Source of the DNA: Bacteroidia bacterium
GTDB lineage: Bacteria; Bacteroidota; Bacteroidia; AKYH767-A; OLB10
Direction of reading: 5' to 3'
Length of the DNA stretch: 37,662 nt
NCBI GenBank assembly: GCA_032111385.1
Contig: JAULUX010000010.1
Coordinates: 1 to 37,662, forward strand
The translations under genes and the position numbers were made by a program. This document shows, piece by piece, positions 17,519 to 25,973 of this stretch (positions within the stretch are counted from its first letter, which is position 1; every line of letters starts with the position of its first letter). The notes under the pieces were generated by a model. That model saw nothing but the letters and a program-made list of their open reading frames with translations. It did no database searches and was not told the origin of the DNA.

Positions 17519-18583
17519 TCACTTGACCAACACCCATGCATTCTTTTCAAATCCGGTGCGGACCTCGTAAAGAAAATCCTGCACATCGCTGAATTGTTGG
17601 CTGGAATAAAGACTGACCATGTAAAGCCCCTGGTTATTTTGGCCAATTATCCTGGCGGAATATCCAAGCAACTGCGCCTCTTCAACAAGCTTTTGTGCAT
17701 TTTCCTCAACGCGAAAACAGCCTCCGACCACATGGAAATCGTGAGCTTGACCAGCTGATGGATCTGAAACAACTGCATTTGAAACAACGGGCAAAGACAC
17801 CTCAACCCGGGTAGATTCGATTTCGGCTAGATGAGCAGAATTTTCCGGAATAACGGAATCGACAAGGGCACCCGTTTCCATTTCCTGACCATAGGTGGAT
17901 TCCACTGGACTTTCTTCCGGAACCACTTCCTCCACGGGAGAAGCCTGCTTTTCGGGAGATGGACCCTGGAAGGATGGATTGCTCCACTGCACAACCGGAA
18001 GCAATTCTGCAAGACCCGTGTTCAAGGTACTGATGACCCTGGGATTCAGCAACAACAACACCAGAACAGCGGCAGCAGGAACCAATTCCAACAACCTCCA
18101 TATCTTGAAATTTCGCTTACCGCTTTCGTTTTTCAAGCGCTTGACATTTGCCGGCTTCTCCTCTCTGCGTATGGCGGGGGAATGAAGAGAGCTTAATCCA
18201 AATGACAGTTCCAGGAAGTTTCCATTGGGATCCGGTTCGAACTGAATCCTTTTACCGGTATCGAGGGCGAATGTGCCGATATCATCCAGAATCACCTTTT
18301 CTCCGGCCATCATCTTCTCCCACATTCCATTCACTTGTTCTTTTATCCATTCGGTGGCTTCCGAATAATTCAATCCCAATCTGGATGCGACATGGAAGGC
18401 CAGTAGACCGTCGCCTGTCCGCAGACTGGCATTGAATGCCACCCGTCGAGACGGTGGAAGAAAGGTGTGTTGGGAGGGATGCAGGAAAGCGGATCGGTAC
18501 TGGGCTACGAAACCGCCCAGATCGGGAACGATCACACAGTCCTTTTTATAAAGTAACTCTTTGATATACAGTGTTAAACGCAC
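17519..18583 (-). CDS. HU-like (HU-CCDC81 type) N-terminal domain plus a C-terminal SPOR peptidoglycan-binding domain
   Basis: 354 aa. The N-terminus is LYKKDCVIVPDLGGFVAQY, followed by a second repeat (VILDDIGTFALDTGKRIQFEP). The central region has a TM segment (LVPAAAVLVLLLL) and an acidic/Pro-rich linker. The C-terminus is FHVVGGCFRVEENAQKLVEEAQLLGYSARII...GLYMVSLYS, which is SPOR-like. Confidence 0.7.
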   Translation of the reverse strand: MRLTLYIKELLYKKDCVIVPDLGGFVAQYRSAFLHPSQHTFLPPSRRVAFNASLRTGDGLLAFHVASRLGLNYSEATEWIKEQVNGMWEKMMAGEKVILDDIGTFALDTGKRIQFEPDPNGNFLELSFGLSSLHSPAIRREEKPANVKRLKNESGKRNFKIWRLLELVPAAAVLVLLLLNPRVISTLNTGLAELLPVVQWSNPSFQGPSPEKQASPVEEVVPEESPVESTYGQEMETGALVDSVIPENSAHLAEIESTRVEVSLPVVSNAVVSDPSAGQAHDFHVVGGCFRVEENAQKLVEEAQLLGYSARIIGQNNQGLYMVSLYSSQQFSDVQDFLYEVRTGFEKNAWVLVK

Positions 18584-18706
18584 AGTCTTCGCTATCCTTG
18601 GCGGCTAAGATAAAGCATCGCTGACAGATGACCAAAGTGGAACGGCTTCTACGGCGCAAGTGGTTCGAATTCAATGGAACCGGTTATTCACAATGGCTGA
18701 GCGTCC

Positions 18707-19456
18707 TCAGTCCTGTGAACGAAGGAACTGCAATGCCTTCCCCAAATCGTCGGGAGTGTCGATTGCTACGGTTTCAAAAGGAGTTTCACGAACCCGAATC
18801 CGATAACCGTGTTCCAGCCAGCGGAGCTGCTCAAGGGATTCGGCCAATTCCAATTTCCCCTGGGGTAGGCGGGTGATTTCGCCCAGCACGTCGGTGCGAT
18901 AGGCGTAAATGCCAATATGCTTAAAAAAAACGTGACTCCCGCTCCAGGAGTTGGGCTCCACCGATTTGACATAGGGAATAGCTTGACGGGAAAAATAGAG
19001 CGCCTCACCGGTCGCTGAAACCACCACTTTGGGCTGGTTTGGATTGAAGAGCTCTTCTTCGTCGTCGATGCGTTTGACCAGGGTGGCGATCTGAGCACCC
19101 TCCTCTGCAATGGCCTCAGTGAGCAAACGAATTTGCCCGGGATGTATGAACGGCTCATCCCCCTGGATGTTGACAACGGCATCAAAGCCATCGCCAATCC
19201 CTGCTATGACCTCAGCACAGCGATCCGTTCCGGAAGGATGACTCGAATCGGTCATAACGGCCTTCCCGCCGAACAAAGTCACAGCATCGAATATGCGCTT
19301 ATCGTCGGTGGCTACAACAACCAGATCGAAGACATCGCTGGTCATCGCCTGTCGGTAGACACGCTCCACCATGGACATACCACCAATATCGATCAGTGGC
19401 TTACCCGGGAAACGGGTCGATTCGAAGCGAGACGGAATAATTCCGATGATGTTCAT
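18707..19456 (-). CDS. kdsB: 3-deoxy-manno-octulosonate cytidylyltransferase (CMP-Kdo synthetase)
   Basis: 249 aa. Contains IIPSRFESTRFPGKPL, VVATDD, NIQGDEP and LEQLRWLEHGY, the canonical KdsB blocks. Confidence 0.92.
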   Translation of the reverse strand: MNIIGIIPSRFESTRFPGKPLIDIGGMSMVERVYRQAMTSDVFDLVVVATDDKRIFDAVTLFGGKAVMTDSSHPSGTDRCAEVIAGIGDGFDAVVNIQGDEPFIHPGQIRLLTEAIAEEGAQIATLVKRIDDEEELFNPNQPKVVVSATGEALYFSRQAIPYVKSVEPNSWSGSHVFFKHIGIYAYRTDVLGEITRLPQGKLELAESLEQLRWLEHGYRIRVRETPFETVAIDTPDDLGKALQFLRSQD

Positions 19457-19460
19457 GCAA

Positions 19461-22082
19461 TCAGTTACCCCGTATCAGATGAATAAAACCATTGAGGATG
19501 CGTGGCTCGCTGACTTCGCCGACAACCGAGGGCACTTCATACACCTTGCAGACATAGAAATAAACGCCCTCGGGTGAATCGGGACCAGCATTCTCCCGCT
19601 TCCCATTCCAACCGATCTCGGGGTCTTCGGTTTTGAACACCTGATCCCCCCACCTATTGAATATCCTCATGTCCACACGCTCAATATCACGATATGGATA
19701 GATCGGATGATACACATCGTTCTTACCGCTTCCATCGGGACTGAAACTGTTGGGAAGAACATACAATGGACAGGGACCGGTACAAACCACATTGGACGCT
19801 CCTCCTTCATTTCCGTTCGAATCCACAGCGGTGACATAATAACAACCGGCGATTGAATTTTCCCCGACATAAATGTAGGGGGACGAAGATGCCGGAGAGC
19901 TATGAATGAGCGTGAACACCCCGCCACCCGAAGCCGATGAATAATAGACATTCACCAATTCCGCGTCTGCTGAGCAGGAATCATCGATCGTCCAGCTCAA
20001 AGTATCGAGCAAAGCGACGCAATTCGGCCCATTGACCAGAAAAGGCGGACAAGGGGGCTCGTTGTCGACCGGTACGGAACAAACCTGCTGAGATCGGTTC
20101 AGAATGGGATCAACAAGGCCGGTATCCTGATAGGCTCCGATGCTTTTAACATAGTAACAATACTCAACACCATTTTGAAGTGAGTCGTCGACGTACTGAA
20201 GGGAAGTAGTGACACCGATCGAATCAAAAACTCCGGGAATGGACTCACGGTAAACCACATACGAAGTATTGGTCCAAGGCACACTCTCTGACCAGGTCAG
20301 GCGATTCTTCTCGTCTCCCGGATCGACATCCAGGAAAATACTGTTGGCTACCTGCGTAGTGCCGATCAGAAAAACCGTGTCGTTCCAGAGCTGTATCCTG
20401 TATCGGTACGCCGAGTCACGGGTATTGAGTCCGCCATCGGTAAAAATGGTGTCGTTCAAGTCGAAGAGCGTGACGACGTCATCGAAGGGTTCGTTTATTT
20501 TGGCACGCTGTACTACGTAACGGAAGGGGCCGGGAGTTTGTACCGTATCCAGCTCGGTCGGCTTTCCCCAGGCAACGTAAACACTTCCGGAATTCGGGCT
20601 TGTTGTCACTACATCCACATTGGTGATGACAGGAAGATCGCGTACAAGCTTTCCGCAGAACTCGACCGAGGCATAGCTCTCCGCCCCGTCGGGATAGAAT
20701 GCAGTGACCATGTAACAGTATTGGACGGCAGGAGCCAAACCGGCTCCGTTATCGTCGTCGGTATATGAAGTATCGGTCAAACCGTTCACCGTGGCCAGCA
20801 AAGTGTAGCCGGTGTAAGAAGGCACCCCGGTTTCGCAATACCCCGGCGTAAACCCATAAATACTGACTCTCCTGTACACTTTGTAACCGACCGCTTCCGT
20901 GCAGGCACTTTGGTTCCAACTCAGCTCAAGACTATTCCCTGCGGGGATGGCAGAGGGATTTGTCGGAGCAGGTCCCACGACGGTGATTGACATGGCTTCC
21001 AGATCCGCCAATGTCACCTGAGTGTTATTGTCCTCCGCTTTAAAAACCACCGTGTAAGGCGAATTCCTGACATGAGCACAAACTGTGTTCCACGAAAAAA
21101 CACCTGAAACAGAACCCTGGCCTGGTGTGCTGGTGAAAGAGGCGGGACTTGACGTCAAGGCGAATGGACCTCCTGTTGCAGACAATGTGACTGTTTCCGA
21201 GGGATTGGGATCGGATGCGTTCACAGTGAAAACAAGAGAGCTGCCTGCTTCCACACAAGTATCCGCCAAGACCGGAATCTCAGGCGGATCGTTCACGGGT
21301 GGATAGATGGTGATCTGCATGTCTCGGGTGACGTAACCGATGTTCAACAAGCCAATACCCGGAACACTTCTCCACTCACGGATGATCATCGCCACGTTGT
21401 ACTCTCCGACAAGCTGAGGAGCATCCCAGATCAGGTCACCTGTGATGGCATCAAGCAGGAAGGATGAACTGGCGGAGGGGTACACATAACCGGGCACCGG
21501 AGCACCGCCGAACCCTTTGCAGGGGGTGAGTTCGTAAGACAGGCTGTCTCCATCCGGGTCAAATGCATTGGGATTGTGTATGAATATCCTGTTCACCGAC
21601 CCGTTATCGATGGGAGGCTGCAACAATTGAGGAGATGAATTCGTCAGAAAAGCCGGAGAAATGACCAATTGTGTTTCGACGTAAAACGGAATATTCACCG
21701 AGCCGGGGATGTTGACCACATTGGCATTTCGGTTTTCATCGAGAAAATACATGACGTAAGAGCCCGGTCCCGGATAAACATGTGTGGCTATGTAGGTATT
21801 TCGCTGAATGTCGGGCCCTACGTTGAATGCAATGCTATTGCGAGGTACAGTGTCCCGGGAGCCGTCGCCCCACCAAAACTCAAGCTCGGGGCGATCAGCG
21901 GGTGAAGAGGTTTTGGTGTAAGTGACTATGGTCGCCCGGTAAGTGTAGGTTCCCAGTTTTTCGTAAGTGATCTCTCCCGCCCTGTTGTGTGTTCCAAAAA
22001 CATCCCCTAGGTTAAACATGCAAAGAAAGAGTACGACAATACCGGACAGAAAACCGGTTGAAAAACCTTTGCTCTTGGTCAT
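19461..22082 (-). CDS. large cell-surface protein with Ig/FN3-like repeats and a T9SS type B (gliding motility-associated, CHU_C) C-terminal domain
   Basis: I place the start at the internal ATG 22082 (MTKSKGFSTGFLSGIVVLFLCMF, 873 aa), because the track start at 22238 overlaps the upstream gene. The N-terminal motif is HNRAGEITY. The C-terminus reads LPNSFSPDGSGKNDVYHPIY...MRIFNRWGDQVFK...GWNGK...GVYFYVCKV, the type B sorting-domain signature. Confidence 0.8.
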   Translation of the reverse strand: MTKSKGFSTGFLSGIVVLFLCMFNLGDVFGTHNRAGEITYEKLGTYTYRATIVTYTKTSSPADRPELEFWWGDGSRDTVPRNSIAFNVGPDIQRNTYIATHVYPGPGSYVMYFLDENRNANVVNIPGSVNIPFYVETQLVISPAFLTNSSPQLLQPPIDNGSVNRIFIHNPNAFDPDGDSLSYELTPCKGFGGAPVPGYVYPSASSSFLLDAITGDLIWDAPQLVGEYNVAMIIREWRSVPGIGLLNIGYVTRDMQITIYPPVNDPPEIPVLADTCVEAGSSLVFTVNASDPNPSETVTLSATGGPFALTSSPASFTSTPGQGSVSGVFSWNTVCAHVRNSPYTVVFKAEDNNTQVTLADLEAMSITVVGPAPTNPSAIPAGNSLELSWNQSACTEAVGYKVYRRVSIYGFTPGYCETGVPSYTGYTLLATVNGLTDTSYTDDDNGAGLAPAVQYCYMVTAFYPDGAESYASVEFCGKLVRDLPVITNVDVVTTSPNSGSVYVAWGKPTELDTVQTPGPFRYVVQRAKINEPFDDVVTLFDLNDTIFTDGGLNTRDSAYRYRIQLWNDTVFLIGTTQVANSIFLDVDPGDEKNRLTWSESVPWTNTSYVVYRESIPGVFDSIGVTTSLQYVDDSLQNGVEYCYYVKSIGAYQDTGLVDPILNRSQQVCSVPVDNEPPCPPFLVNGPNCVALLDTLSWTIDDSCSADAELVNVYYSSASGGGVFTLIHSSPASSSPYIYVGENSIAGCYYVTAVDSNGNEGGASNVVCTGPCPLYVLPNSFSPDGSGKNDVYHPIYPYRDIERVDMRIFNRWGDQVFKTEDPEIGWNGKRENAGPDSPEGVYFYVCKVYEVPSVVGEVSEPRILNGFIHLIRGN

Positions 22083-22101
22083 GGACAGGTGGTGTTGGCG
22101 G

Positions 22102-23268
22102 TCAATAGGCGATAACCTGTTGCTCGATCTGCTCAGGCAAATCCCTGAACTCATATTGCTGGTTACGAAGTCGCGGAACAAATCCGGCTTCACGAATGGC
22201 ATCTTGAATACCCTTACTGGTGAACCGGTGGGGTGCACCGGCTGCCGATACTACATTTTCTTCTATCATGATCGAACCGAAGTCGTTTGCACCGGCATGC
22301 AAACAGACCTGCGCAATCTCCTTTCCAATCGTCAGCCAGGAAGCCTGAATGTTTTCGATGTTAGGCAACATGATTCTGCTCATCGCAATCATCCGGACAT
22401 ACTCATCTCCCGTTACCTGGTTACGAATGCCTTTGACCTTTCTTAACAGAGTGCCTTCATCTTGGAAGGGCCAAGGGATAAAGGCGATAAAACCTTTGGC
22501 ATCCGCTGGCTTCTCATCCTGCACCTCCCTCAACCACACCAGGTGCTCAAAACGCTCCTGCAGGGTTTCAATGTGACCGAACATCATCGTCGCAGAGGTC
22601 GTAATGTGCAACCGATGTGCGGCTCGCATCACATCAAGCCATTCACGACCGCTGCACTTCCCTTTGGAGATCATCCGCCGTACTCGATCATGGAGGATCT
22701 CAGCACCTGCCCCCGGCAGGGAATCCAATCCGGCTTCTTTCAACGTCGAGAGCACTTCGGTGTGGGTCTTTCCTTCCAGTTTGGAAATGTGAGCAATTTC
22801 CGGCGGACCGAGTGCATGCAGCTTCAACCGTGGATATATGCGCTTCAGGTCTCTAAACAAATCAGCATAGTAGGACAATCCCAGGTCAGGATGATGACCT
22901 CCCTGGAGCAGCAACTGTTCTCCACCGTAGCGGAAGGTTTCGTCGATTTTCGTCCGGTACTGCTCGATGGTCGTGATGTAAGATTCCTCATGGCCCGGAA
23001 TACGGTAGAAATTGCAAAACTTGCAGTTCGCAATACACACGTTGGTGGTATTCACGTTCCGATCGATGATCCAAGTAACGGGGGAATCTTCCCCTTTCGC
23101 TTTCTTTCGAAGGGCATTCCCGACGGCCATCAGTTCGGCAGTGGGAACATGCTGAAACAAAAACAGGCCTTCTTCCACGTCAAGATGCTCCCTGTCGAGC
23201 GCCCTGGCCAACAGCCGGTCGGCTTTTTTAGTCAAATCCGAGTTCATATCACTAATAACCGACCGCAT
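22102..23268 (-). CDS. radical SAM menaquinone (futalosine pathway) enzyme, most likely cyclic dehypoxanthinyl futalosine synthase MqnC. MqnE/CofH-type cannot be excluded.
   Basis: 388 aa. Has the radical SAM cluster motif CIANCKFCNFYR, plus LLLQGGHHPD, MMFGHIET and FIAFIPWPFQ. The IPW version of the last block resembles MqnC more than MqnE as I recall them. Confidence 0.7.
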   Translation of the reverse strand: MRSVISDMNSDLTKKADRLLARALDREHLDVEEGLFLFQHVPTAELMAVGNALRKKAKGEDSPVTWIIDRNVNTTNVCIANCKFCNFYRIPGHEESYITTIEQYRTKIDETFRYGGEQLLLQGGHHPDLGLSYYADLFRDLKRIYPRLKLHALGPPEIAHISKLEGKTHTEVLSTLKEAGLDSLPGAGAEILHDRVRRMISKGKCSGREWLDVMRAAHRLHITTSATMMFGHIETLQERFEHLVWLREVQDEKPADAKGFIAFIPWPFQDEGTLLRKVKGIRNQVTGDEYVRMIAMSRIMLPNIENIQASWLTIGKEIAQVCLHAGANDFGSIMIEENVVSAAGAPHRFTSKGIQDAIREAGFVPRLRNQQYEFRDLPEQIEQQVIAY

Positions 23269-23356
23269 CGATAAAAGTTACTCTTGATTGATGGATGCAA
23301 TCACGGGAAAGGCCTTCTTTTTTCAGTAATTTCATCCCCTCAAATTTACGCAAACC

Positions 23357-24796
23357 ATGCAGATAAACCTGAATAAAGCCAGGGCTTCCCATAACTCGTT
23401 ACCGTTGATCGTCCTTTATCATCAAAAGGACCAGATTTCTCAAAAGATGTTCCGTAAAGACGAATGGGAATTCGTAAGCCAGGAGCTGAAAAACGACAAG
23501 TCGACAATCATCGTCAACCAATACAAGAGGATGGTCTATCTGCAGCGGTTCAACAGCTCCGACAAACCGATTCACCAGCAACTTGAATCTGCCAGGAAGG
23601 CCGGAACACTTTTGTTCGGCCGCTGCCAGTCTGCGGGGCATCAGCAGGTGCTTGTTCAAGGCGAGGTCGATGCCCTGCTCGGGCTTGCATTTGCCGAAGG
23701 ATTCGTTTTAGCGGGCTACCAGTTTCTGAAATACCGAAGCAACCGCAAGAAAGAGGAACATCCGGTAAAAAATCTATTTCTGGACATCAAGGGCCTGAGC
23801 GAGAAAGACATTCAGCATCAGAATATCCTGAACCGTGCGGTATACATCGCCCGTGATTTGGTGAATGAACCGCAGTCCTTCCTCACGGCAACCGAACTGA
23901 GTCGTCAATTCACCTCCATGGCCCGCGAGAGCGGTTTCAAAATCCAGGTATTGAACAAGGCACGTATCCGCCAGTTAAAGATGGGGGGACTTCTGGCTGT
24001 CAACCAGGGAAGTCCGCAGCCGCCAACTTTCAGCATCATGGAATGGAAGCCAAAAAACGCGGTGAATAAGAAACCGATCGTATTGGTCGGTAAAGGTGTT
24101 GTTTACGATACAGGAGGCATGAGTCTCAAGCCCACCGGCAATTCCATGGACTATATGAAATGCGACATGGCCGGTAGTGCTACGGTGGGCGCCACCCTGT
24201 ATGCACTTGCCAAATCGCGGTTACCCGTTCACGTGATCGGCCTTGTCCCCGCAACGGACAACCGACCAGATGGTGACGCTTATGTCCCTGGCGATGTCAT
24301 CACCATGATGAGTGGTAAAACCGTAGAGGTGCTGAATACCGACGCAGAAGGTCGACTGATTCTTGCTGATGCCCTGCATTATGCAAAGCGATACAAACCT
24401 GAACTGGTCATGGAATTCTCCACATTGACCGGTGCAGCGGCCGCGGCTATCGGACCCCAAGGCATCGTATGCATGGGAGAAGTGGACGAAACCACCCGCC
24501 GCCGTCTTCACAATTCCGGGGAAACGGTGTATGAGCGGTTGGCCGAATTCCCATTCTGGGAGGAGTACGATGAGCAATTGAAATCGGATATAGCCGACAT
24601 CAAGAACATCGGAGGACCTAGTGCGGGAGCCATCACCGCTGGGCGTTTCCTGAAGCAGTTCGTGGACTACCCCTACATGCACTTTGATATTGCAGCACCG
24701 GCCTTCAGTAAATCCAATGACAGCTACAGGGGAAAGAACGGCACCGGTACCGGAGTGCGCCTGATGTTTGATTTCTTTCGCAAGATGGTCGGCTGA
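23357..24796 (+). CDS. pepA: leucyl aminopeptidase (M17 family)
   Basis: 479 aa. Contains VGKGVVYDTGGMSLKP, MKCDMAGSA and NTDAEGRLILADAL, the M17 active-site blocks. Confidence 0.9.
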   Translation: MQINLNKARASHNSLPLIVLYHQKDQISQKMFRKDEWEFVSQELKNDKSTIIVNQYKRMVYLQRFNSSDKPIHQQLESARKAGTLLFGRCQSAGHQQVLVQGEVDALLGLAFAEGFVLAGYQFLKYRSNRKKEEHPVKNLFLDIKGLSEKDIQHQNILNRAVYIARDLVNEPQSFLTATELSRQFTSMARESGFKIQVLNKARIRQLKMGGLLAVNQGSPQPPTFSIMEWKPKNAVNKKPIVLVGKGVVYDTGGMSLKPTGNSMDYMKCDMAGSATVGATLYALAKSRLPVHVIGLVPATDNRPDGDAYVPGDVITMMSGKTVEVLNTDAEGRLILADALHYAKRYKPELVMEFSTLTGAAAAAIGPQGIVCMGEVDETTRRRLHNSGETVYERLAEFPFWEEYDEQLKSDIADIKNIGGPSAGAITAGRFLKQFVDYPYMHFDIAAPAFSKSNDSYRGKNGTGTGVRLMFDFFRKMVG

Positions 24797-24861
24797 AACC
24801 TACTTACGCATAACTGCAACCCCAAAAGGAAAACACTGAATCCTGAGCAAATGAATCGCGC

Positions 24862-25926
24862 ATGAACACTGAAAAAGACGAATTGATGAATATCGGAATC
24901 ACTATCGGGGATGTCAATGGCATCGGACCCGAGGTGATCATAAAAGCGTTATCTGACAACCGCATTCTACAGAGTTGCACTCCGGTCATCTATGGGAACG
25001 GAAAGGTGATCTCCCACTACAGAAAGCTGTTGAACCTTCAGGACTTCAATTATACAACGGTGCCCTCCTCCGAAGAACTAATACCTCGAAAGATCAACCT
25101 GATCAATTGCTGGGAGGAAGAATTGAAAATAGAACCGGGCAAGCCATCGGCGGAAAACGGTCCATTCGGCATGAAAGCGTTGCAGACAGCCACAAGCGAC
25201 CTTGCACTTGGAAGGATCGATGCCATGGTCACCGCACCGGTGGACAAGTCCACCATCGCACCCGGAGGCGGATTCACCGGGCATACCGGTTTCCTCGCCA
25301 AAGCATTCAATACCAAAGATTACCTGATGTTCCTGGTTTCAGGAAACCTGAGGGTCGCATTGGCAACGGAACATGTGCCGGTATCCCAGGTCAGCGGGCT
25401 TATCACCAAAGAACTTTTGCATCAGAAGATCCAGCTGATGATCCGATCCCTTCAAACTGATTTCGGCATCCGCAAACCACGTCTGGCCGTGCTCGGTCTG
25501 AATCCGCACGCAGGAGATGGCGGTGTGATCGGTCGTGAAGAAAAAGAGGTGATGGCACCGGTTGTCAAAGAATGTTTCGACAAGGGAATGATGGTTTTCG
25601 GACCTTATGCAAGTGACGGTTTCTTTGGTACCGGCCAGCAGGAGAAATTCGATGCAGTACTTGCCATGTACCACGATCAAGGACTGATCCCTTTTAAAAC
25701 GCTGGCCTTCGAAAGCGGTGTCAACTATACAGCCGGACTTCCGCTGGTAAGAACCTCTCCCGACCATGGAACCGCCTACGACATCGCAGGACAAGGAACG
25801 GCCTCTGAAAACTCACTGCGCGAAGCGATTTACCTGGCGATGGACATCGTGAATAAAAGAGCCGAGCACAAGGAAATCAATGGCAATCCGTTGAAGTTCT
25901 CAAAGCTTAGCGGAGAGCGGCATTAA
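24862..25926 (+). CDS. pdxA: 4-hydroxythreonine-4-phosphate dehydrogenase
   Basis: 354 aa. Contains GITIGDVNGIGPEV, VTAPVDK, GHTGFLA, LGLNPHAGDGG, AMYHDQGLIPFK and RTSPDHGTA. The start could also be the ATG 8 codons downstream. Confidence 0.9.
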   Translation: MNTEKDELMNIGITIGDVNGIGPEVIIKALSDNRILQSCTPVIYGNGKVISHYRKLLNLQDFNYTTVPSSEELIPRKINLINCWEEELKIEPGKPSAENGPFGMKALQTATSDLALGRIDAMVTAPVDKSTIAPGGGFTGHTGFLAKAFNTKDYLMFLVSGNLRVALATEHVPVSQVSGLITKELLHQKIQLMIRSLQTDFGIRKPRLAVLGLNPHAGDGGVIGREEKEVMAPVVKECFDKGMMVFGPYASDGFFGTGQQEKFDAVLAMYHDQGLIPFKTLAFESGVNYTAGLPLVRTSPDHGTAYDIAGQGTASENSLREAIYLAMDIVNKRAEHKEINGNPLKFSKLSGERH

Positions 25927-25973
25927 GATCGGCATGACTTAAGCAACTCCTGAAAGAGAACGGTCGGTGCAAT

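Noticed and set aside
18655-18690. GGTTCGAAT, resembling a tRNA T-loop, in the kdsB/SPOR spacer
   Set aside because: The flanking bases cannot form a 5-bp T-stem, and no acceptor or anticodon arms can be drawn. This is not a tRNA.
22083-22238. N-terminal extension of the type B CTD protein overlapping the 3' end of the radical SAM gene
   Set aside because: The Met at 22082 is followed immediately by a signal or anchor sequence. The extension would overlap 137 nt of a conserved gene.
22462-23274. 270 aa ORF antisense to the radical SAM menaquinone gene
   Set aside because: It is fully contained in a well-supported gene on the other strand, and its translation has no motifs and a biased composition.
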